Of a stretch of DNA of 64,000 nucleotides, positions 56,001 to 64,000 are shown in pieces (position 1 is the stretch's first letter; each line of letters starts with the position of its first letter). The notes beneath the pieces were generated by a model, which worked only from the letters and a program-made list of their open reading frames with translations, ran no database searches and was not told where the DNA came from. The stretch spans positions 13,826,001 through 13,890,000 of the forward strand of contig JBHGNT010000013.1 of assembly GCA_043228905.1 (NCBI GenBank). The letters run 5' to 3'. Source of the DNA: Azolla caroliniana (taxonomy: Eukaryota; Plantae; Polypodiophyta). The translations under genes and the position numbers were made by a program.

Positions 56001-59000
56001 GGACAAGAGAAAGTTACTTCAGCTCAGTAAGAATTCACTTTCCTGTAATATTGTTATAAAAGTCCAACAAAAGAAACTTCCAGCCACAACCATGTGTCTA
56101 TAGACATAATCTATTGTGTAGTGAAACTCACGTATAATCGCAAATATTTTTGAATCGTTTTATGGAGAACAAAATTTGAAAGTTTTCTTAATAGAAAGAA
56201 AGAAAGAAAGAAAGAAGAAAGCTTTACCAACATACTTTAAGAGGCCAAAATGGCATGTAAGACGAAGTCAAGAGATTATACCTTAAAATATTGTCTTGTC
56301 TTTGAGAAGAACAGTCCAAAATAAATATAGTTACTTATAGTGTACGAAAGAATCTAATTATCCTAACACTCAAGATTCTAAACTTCTATAGGCTGAAACT
56401 TATGCGTTCGGAAAATCTCCAACATGGTTTGCCCCAAGAGGGAGAGATCTATGAAGTGAGGGAAGCACCTCAGTGCTGGGTGGTAATGGCCTTCATTTTC
56501 AATGAGAAAGGGTAACAGGGCCGTGGTCAAGAAGATTGTGGTCTACGTGAATGATACACTGATGTGGGTGCGCATATATCTGGGTTTGAGTGGTCAACTA
56601 GGTTTTCATTGCATAACTTGCATATCTTCATATTTGGGTGATGATGCCATGATGCTACCTCAACATCTAACTTGTGTGAATGAGTTTGAAGAAGTGTTAA
56701 GGCTCTTTGAGAGCCAATTCTCATGGGGGTAGTGAAATGCAATTGGATATGTTCATAGCATGAGTGATGGAGCAAAAGAAACTTGTGATGGTTCTTTGCT
56801 GATGAGCTGTCGTGGTTGTGTTGTTGTCCAAATTCTCTCTATGTCTCTTGCATTCTAGCAAGAAGAATACCATGCACCTTTGGTCTTTGTATCTCATAAC
56901 CTTACATGTTGGGGGAAAGCTTTGTTCGAAGAACCAGCAATGCATTTTCCTTTTATTTCATAAAATATAGTACACTGCAAAACAGTGTTCTCCAATTCCA
57001 CCCCCAATGACACAATTGGCAGATCAGTTCTTCCATAGATTTGCGAATATATCTGCCCATCTCAATTTCTAACGTATGTGAAGAGGTCTTGAGCTACCCT
57101 ATTCCATTGTGGGGTGCATGAGATGGCATATGTGCCTATCTTCAGTATCTTTGCTTATGGAGCTGCCAAATCTGTTGGATACTGATCATCGATTGGAATA
57201 ATTCCTCAGTCACTATTGGGGTTGCTCCTATCTATGCCTGGATTATATCCTAGAGCATTGCTGCCTTGCACCTTATCATGTGCACAATCATTGAGACTGA
57301 AGGGTTCTCCAAATCTGTCCAGTGAAAGCCCAGTTCCCACCATTGATCTGACGGGATCTCATGTTAACTTTTGTACCATCAGTAGTAACTATAAGATCAA
57401 TGAACAATCAATATAAATTGCCTGGTTTGTCAACCTAGCTTATCTTCTTTTGGTTAACTGTGAAGAATGTAAATTTGCAGGTTGTAGTTGTAGAATAACA
57501 TATTAATGTGTAGAATTGAAATCCAAACCTTGATGAAGTTTATATTTGACAGGTCGAAGATTGTATTTGAAACTACTGGTGTTCTTTTGGAGGAACTTCG
57601 AACTGAAGGTGCAAAGGTTTTATCAAAATATAAAGTAATTATCTTTGACGAGGTGCATGAAAGGTCAATAGAGTCAGATCTGGCCCTTACATGTATAAAA
57701 CAATTTATGTTGAGGAATGGCAATATCAGGTACCCTACTAAATTACCAATCTTCACTCAAAACATGTTTAATGTCTCCAATTCTCTTAGAGGTGATGTCT
57801 AATGTTAAAGTTTGGCTTTCAAGATCTGCAAGTTGTGTTTGTTCCAGGTCCTAGAAACTCACTCGCAAGAACATGTCTTAAAAGTATTTTGTACGGACAA
57901 GTTTTGTTGAGAAACATAGATAAAACTAAAGTGATGGTGTTTAACACCACTTGAACATGGGTAACAAGATCAGAAATAGAATTCTTCGTGGGAGAGGAAA
58001 AGGTGGCATACACATGCTCCTACACATACCTAAGAGTAACATTTACAGGTCCTAGGCTGTTCTTACGTGAGGTTGTTTGTGCTTGGCTTTCTTGTGGATA
58101 TGCAGCTCTTGGTGGTCTTTAAAGACAATGTGCACATTGGTAGTTCCAAGAGCCATGAACTAAACTGTGGCTATTTCATACACTTGTGACACCAACTCTT
58201 CTCTATGGAGTAGAAACTTGGGGACCAAGTCTTAAAAATGCAAATAATTGGAAAGATATAGAAACCTTTACTCTCAATGATTGACAACATGATAAGGAGC
58301 AAAGCTCCATGATATAATCCAGGTAGAGATGGGTGCAACCCCTATAATCATTGAGACATTATTCCAATCAGTGACCTGTATCCAACGACTTTGGGACCTC
58401 CCTGAAGGAAGGCACTCAAGGTTGACACTTATGTCATTGAATAAACTTCCTAAACATGGATACGTTCACTGTTGGTATAGGGAAATGTGACAATGGTTCG
58501 AGTCACATGGTTTTAGCATAAGTGTACAACCCCTGTTCAAATATACCTTGGATTGTCCCCATATAAACATGACCAAAGTGGAAAAGAATAAAGTGTTTCA
58601 AACTGATATTACTAACTTGGAAAACAAGATAATATGGATGAGCCCTAGTAGGAAGACGGTTCACTATAAGACACTTTTTACACACATCGGAGGATGGATT
58701 TATCATTAGACCATCTTGTATGGACATACATCTATCCTATGAGTGGCACAATTTGATAGGGTGCTTGCGAAATTCATCACATCAATTAGAGATTGAGCTA
58801 GGTAGATATGCACGAATACCTCGACAAGAAATTTTTTGCCAATTATGTCATTAGGGAGTGGAAATTAAAGAACACTATGTTTGTCACTGTAGTAATTTTT
58901 TATGAAGTAAGAGGGAGATACTATTGCTTCTTTAAACAAAGCTTTGGCCCACTATGCACGATAATGGAATATGACGACTATGATGCTTAGGGCTTTTCTT

Positions 59001-62000
59001 GCTAGAACCCAAGAGACAGGGACAAGTTGTTGAAGGACAACATGACAGCCACACAAGCTCATCAACAAAAAACAATCACAACCTTTTTTATCCCCATAAC
59101 TGCTACTCATTCTACAAGTCAATCAAGGCTACACAAATGGGCTCTCGACCAGGACATAACAAAGGGGTTACAATAGATCTGGCGATAGCAATTTGTCGTG
59201 CACGTAGGCCTCGGCCCCATGGACCACAATCTTCCTTGACAGATAAAAGGCCATTTCTCCCACCATCACAGGTGCTTCCTTGCCTTTGGAGACCTCTCCA
59301 TTGTGGATTGCCTATGCTAGAGATCTGTTAAAGGAAAAAATTACGATATATTTGAATTGAGAATCTTTCATTTACCGATTAGAACATTTGTTAGTTTCTT
59401 TTTATCTTATTTACTTAGTAACATTTAAGTATTTAGATTTGTTGTTATCAAATACGAACAAGACAAAAGATTTAATCTCTTGTTTGGTCTTATAGACCAT
59501 TTTGGCCTCTTAGAAGATGTTAATATATCTTTCTTTCTTTCTTCAAGTTTTGTCACTCTCCAGGTCTGTTGAGCTGTTAATATTATAATATGCTCATTAG
59601 TTAACAAAGTCGTGAATATTTTTAGTTTATGCAAAAAATTTAGGCCATAATGAAATGAAGCTTTGTTTTTTCTCAATGAACTAAACTTATCAAACATTAT
59701 TTTGTCGAAATACTAGATTGCTTTTCAAATAATTATAACTTACCTCCCTTTCTTGATTGGATAGAAAAACGAATCTATTAATAATAATTTTTATAACTCT
59801 TTTGCTTACTATTCAATTAAATCTTTCTTTGATTCTTTTTTATTTATTAGTGATAACAAGTTTACAATGAAGTTTGGTTATTCAACTAGTAATTGAATAC
59901 TCTTTTCTCCCCATCTGGGTTTTTTACAGTTACTCTTATGAAACTTCATAGTGCCAAAGACATTATTATGTCCCATGTTTTAAGAGAAATATTTTTCTAC
60001 CAGTTCAGAATTGAACCACATAACAAGTTTGATGAAAGTAACCAGATTCTACTAATAAGAATGTTCAAAAAGGGATTTCTAGACAGTTCTAGAAGATATG
60101 TTCACTATAGAGCACTCTTTTTATACCCACAAAATGGATTGATCATAACACTGTTTCATATGGATACACATCTGTCTCATGTGCTCTGTAGTGTGATGGG
60201 GCATCTCAAGATCTCTTCACATCAGTTAGAGATAAGAGATATCCAGACATTTATACAATGTCTGGAAGAATGGATTTGCCATTTGTGTTATTAGGGGTTG
60301 AATCCAAAGAACACTATGTTTGCCGGTGTTGTTTTTATGAGACAAGATGCTCTTCAAACAAGTCTTTGGCCCACTAAGAATAGATTACAAAGACCAACAA
60401 TGCTCTGGATTGTTCTTCCTAGAACTCAAGAGACATAGAGAGAAGTTGTTGGACAACAATGCAACCACTACAAGTCATCATCAAAGAAACATCACAACTT
60501 TCTTTAGCTCCATCATACTTCATGCTACAAGTCAATCAAGGGTTACACAAGTAAAGGATTACAATGGCCCTTATCAACAGGTGAAGGCCATTATCACCCA
60601 ACACCGAAGGTGCTTCCTGCGCTTCTGAAATATGCCTATATTGGGTCTGCCTATGTTTAGTGATCGTTTGGAGGCAGAAGTTGCAGTCTATCTACGTTTA
60701 GAAACTTTCATGTTTAGCTAAGTAGATTCTTTAGTTATATTTTAAACATGTAGTACTGTGTTTGGTCTCATAGGCCATTTTGACCTCTTAAAGGTGTTAA
60801 TTTATCTTTCACACCATTCAAATATGATTATTCCAATTTCAAAGTGCAATTGTGTTAAATCAATGTAAGTGCCAAAACTTAAAAAAGATCCACATAATGC
60901 ATCATAAAAACCATGGTAGTAGATGTATTCCCAACTATGTAGTTGGGTGACAAATAAGGCCATCACCAGACTATTCAAACCATGTGTAGTTTGCGAAAGA
61001 AGAGTAAAGCAGTAAAGCCTCGTCTTGGGATCTAATGTAAAGTTTAGGAAGAACCAGGGCTTGGATATTCATAGATGCCGTCTCAATGTATGGTATATCT
61101 GTGCTGGGTGGAACCACTGGATTTGTGGATTGGCATATGGGCACAAGGATTCGAGATGTCTCAAGGAAGACTAAGAGTTGTTGAAGCAAAACACATGTAG
61201 AAGAACAAAAACACTTATCCACAAGGATTTGATTTTTTGACCTTCAGATTATCAAGAAAATCAAGACAAGATAAGAAGCAGTAGATAAGGCTAACATACT
61301 TTTTTAATTAGAAAATAGTGATGGTTAAAAAGTAGCAATTTGATCATATTTGGGTAGAGTTTTTAGATAGATTGGGCATATGTAATATGGAGTTAAAAAT
61401 ATCATTTCTATTTGGTTATATGAGGATATGTTGATGTTTTATGTCAGGTTGGTCTTGATGTCTGCAACGTTTGATTGTGATCTTTACAAGAACTATTTCA
61501 AGGATCTCGAAAGAGGGGAGAGGGTTGAAGTGATACCCATTCTGAATTCAGGAGCAAACAGGAATTCTATTCAGTTCAAATGTGAACTTAATTACCTTGA
61601 AGAAGTATGTATTATGTACTTTTTCTCTCATGTGAGATGGTGTGTATGTCATATCTTTTAAAATTTATACTCAAAACATCTTTAAAATTCTAGTGCATCC
61701 GGTACAGGTGAAAGACCTATTGAATATTTCTGAAACTGATCATTCGACTTCAAATCTATCTTTGCCATCATTTGAAGAAGAGAATACATTAGGGCAGACC
61801 ATTCAACAGACAATAACAGATTTAATCACATATCTTCATGGAAAAGAGGATGATCACAGAAAGAACATACTTGTCTTTCTTCCAACATACAAAGCTCTTG
61901 AGCAGCAGTGGTCTCTTTTGAATAATAAAGGACTCGATGTTAGGGTTTTTGTTTTGCATAGTAGCATTGACATGGATCATTCTATACGGGCAATGGAGGT

Positions 62001-63213
62001 TTCACTTCCAGTCAGGAAGGTAACGAGCAATATCACTTCTATTCATTTTTCTAGTTCAAAAAGCAAATCTAAATGGAAGGTGGGAATAAGAAAAGGAAAA
62101 TTGTCAACATTAAGTAGAAGCCTGTTCTTGCTATCACCACCTTTACATATTAGTGTGGATTTGGTAGTATGCTTTCTAAACAGGTTTCCCAAAGCACCGG
62201 CCGTTTAATGACCTTTCTTTGGGAGACATGTTGCAAGTTTGATGGTGAAGACTCAAGAATGCCAAATGCCTATGATCGATTTGTAGAAAACAACTTAATG
62301 TTATACCTGGAGAAAATTTCTTTCTTGGATTTACAAGAATGCAAAACTACTATGATCGATCTTTAGAAAGAAACTTAATGTTATACCCAGGAGAAAGATT
62401 CCTTTCTTGGATTTAATCCCCTAATGCAACAAGGAATAATTGCATATTTGTATTCCATCTAATCAGTAATTTAAAGCAATGTCATATGGGTTCAACTTTC
62501 TGTTTGTCACTTTTCTGGTATGTCCCAAGTTAAATGCAGTTAAATAAGACCAATTCTAGACATATAACTGAGGGATGAATCAAAATGTTGGAAAGAATGA
62601 TGTATTTTTGGTGCAAGTATTTTAGATGCGTTATAATTGTAGTGAAATGTGTTATAATTGTAGTGAAATGTGTCGCATGAGCTTATGCAGTAAGTATATT
62701 TCTGACCTTGAGACAATTAAGCAAGTTTCTTTAGCAATATATGAATAAAAATATCCAAATTCCTTCTCATTTCTGCAATTTTTAGATCATACTGGCAACT
62801 AATGTGGCGGAGTCATCAGTTACCATACCTGGCATTTCTTATGTGATTGATTCTTGTCGCTCCCTGGAAATATTCTGGGACAATGAGAGACGAAAACAAA
62901 TTCCAAGGCTAGTTTGGATTTCCAAGTCTCAGGTATTGGTATTATGACACTACATATCCATCTTGTATACTTAATGCCTTATTGCTATATAGTATGTCAC
63001 TACCATTCATCCTGTATACTTATGGTTGTCAGGCTGATCAGCGCAAAGGAAGGACGGGGCGTACCTGTGATGGTCAAGTATTCCGTTTGGTTCCAAAGGA
63101 TGTTTTTTATTCTTTTTATGAGTTTGAAAGCCCTGCCATTCAGCTTTTGTCATTAAGGGAACAGGTTTTATCCATAACCTGTGCAGAATCGAAGGCCATT
63201 AATGACCCTACAG
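53011..63213 (+). CDS. DExH-box RNA helicase, DExH8/At2g47680-like (CCCH zinc-finger helicase family); 5' part only, continues beyond the window
   Basis: Exons 53011-53116, 55849-56026, 57553-57729, 61448-61604, 61708-62019, 62786-62932, 63033-63213. Motifs AETGTGKSSQVPQ, CTQPRRLAV, DEVHER, MSAT, ILVFLPTY, ATNVAESSVTIPG, QRKGRTGRTCDG. Confidence 0.9.
53369..54075 (+). repeat. Near-perfect tandem triplication (unit about 235 bp) in helicase intron 1
   Basis: AATATGAAATGTTGATTAGG recurs at 53377, 53611 and 53847. Confidence 0.95.
54490..55098 (-). mobile_element. RTE-X-like LINE 3' fragment in helicase intron 1
   Basis: Minus-strand VMEYEDQRCLGLLLLELKRHREKLL and GSQPRHNKGVTIDRAIAICRA, plus the family 3' UTR. 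Confidence 0.85.
56190..57350 (-). mobile_element. Older RTE-X-like LINE fragment in helicase intron 2
   Basis: (AGAA)n tail at 56193-56220. Minus-strand KVMRYKDQRCMVFFLLECKRHRE and HWTDLENPSVSMIVHMIRCKA. Confidence 0.75.
57820..59545 (+). mobile_element. RTE-X-like LINE, 5'-truncated, in helicase intron 3
   Basis: Collinear with 41465-43160 (FCTDK, KTKVMVFNTT ... GSRPGHNKGVTIDLAIAICRA). Ends TAATATATCTTTCTTTCTTTC. Confidence 0.88.
60120..60810 (+). mobile_element. Older RTE-X-like fragment in helicase intron 3
   Basis: MDTHLSHVLCSVMGHLKISSHQLEI, FGPL...LFFLELKRHREKLL, and the family 3' end ATAGGCCATTTTGACCTCTTAAA. Confidence 0.75.
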
Positions 63214-63629
63214 GTAAATATCATGTGGCAGAAAACAGTTCATCTTTTATGCCAGTTGTTTAATTCCTTTGCAAGCGATAAGTATAAGAGAAATCTGCAT
63301 CAGCGTTTCTTAGTGTCCAAAATGGCCGCTAAGAGCAAACGAATGCTATGTTATGAAAACATACTAATGTTTTTTCTGACGTTTTTTACCTTAAAATTTT
63401 TTTTACCCTATAGTAAATAATGATTACAAAAGTATGGTATTTACCATACTTCCAAGGGTTAAATGATCGAAACATACTCGAATGTGAATGCACGTATGGT
63501 ACGTACGGTTCATACTATGGTCTCGTCTATGAGAAGAGGGAATAAGGATATTCTTACACTCCTTAAATTCTACCTAAAATTTGTGTACATGTTTATAATT
63601 AGAGTAATTTATGCCCGAATTTCAGTGAA

Positions 63630-64000
63630 ACGGAAATGGAAAATATGCATAATAGGCTGGTCGAGGGTGGAGATTTCTTAAGATTGAGGAAATTAACTAT
63701 TATCTCAAGAGATGATGTCCTTGATTTGGCGACAGAAAGGGTGCCAGGTCGTGTTTTCATGCCTGGCATAATACCTTTGCGTTGCTTGATCTCTAGTAAC
63801 AACAGCCCCAGACATATTTGATCTTCATATTTTGTAGTGGTCCAAAGCCTCCTTCAAAGAGTCAGTGATATCTTCCCCTTGTCACAAACATGGCTCTTGT
63901 GATTCCATCTCCTGGGAAAGAAGTAGCAGATCCAATCATTTCCTAGAAAAAAGGGTTTATTTTTCTTTACAAAAGAGTTCTGATTCCTGGGAAAGCTGTA
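63630..64000 (-). mobile_element. Old RTE-X-like fragment in helicase intron 7
   Basis: Minus-strand remnants RGRYH / GGFGPL / YEDQICLGLLLLEIKQR and ISTLDQPIMHIF. Confidence 0.6.

Noticed and set aside
60970-61230. Possible gypsy integrase relic in helicase intron 3 (similar faint TE hints at 1-600, 10400-11900 and 15100-15430)
   Set aside because: Only vague motif resemblance; not supportable without a profile search.

Overview
AT-rich, microsatellite-rich plant nuclear DNA. The style of the PLS-PPR repeats suggests a leptosporangiate fern, but this is an inference. Five protein-coding genes can be reconstructed by hand with frame-consistent exon chains: a single-pass RLK/Pelle kinase (-, 6 exons), an intronless PLS-E PPR protein (+), cytosolic phosphoglucomutase (+, 18 exons, one GC-AG intron), DICER-LIKE 1 (-, 20 exons, about 1887 aa) and the 5' part of a DExH8-like RNA helicase (+, runs off the window). 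Intergenic DNA holds L1-type LINE relics, MITEs, a TRIM-like mini LTR element and short tandem duplications. A second, RTE-X-like LINE family with (TCTT)n/(TC)n tails appears only in introns (confirmed or inferred). It forms a head-to-tail pile-up just upstream of the DCL1 coding region and lies in inverted orientation around helicase exons. Other notable points: a 56-bp triplication that puts two TGATG-linked uORFs in front of the PPR start, an RS-dipeptide tract in DCL1, a degenerate miR162 site in DCL1, and a TASHNA (not TASHNP) catalytic loop in PGM. No database searches were run, so all family assignments rest on recognised motifs.
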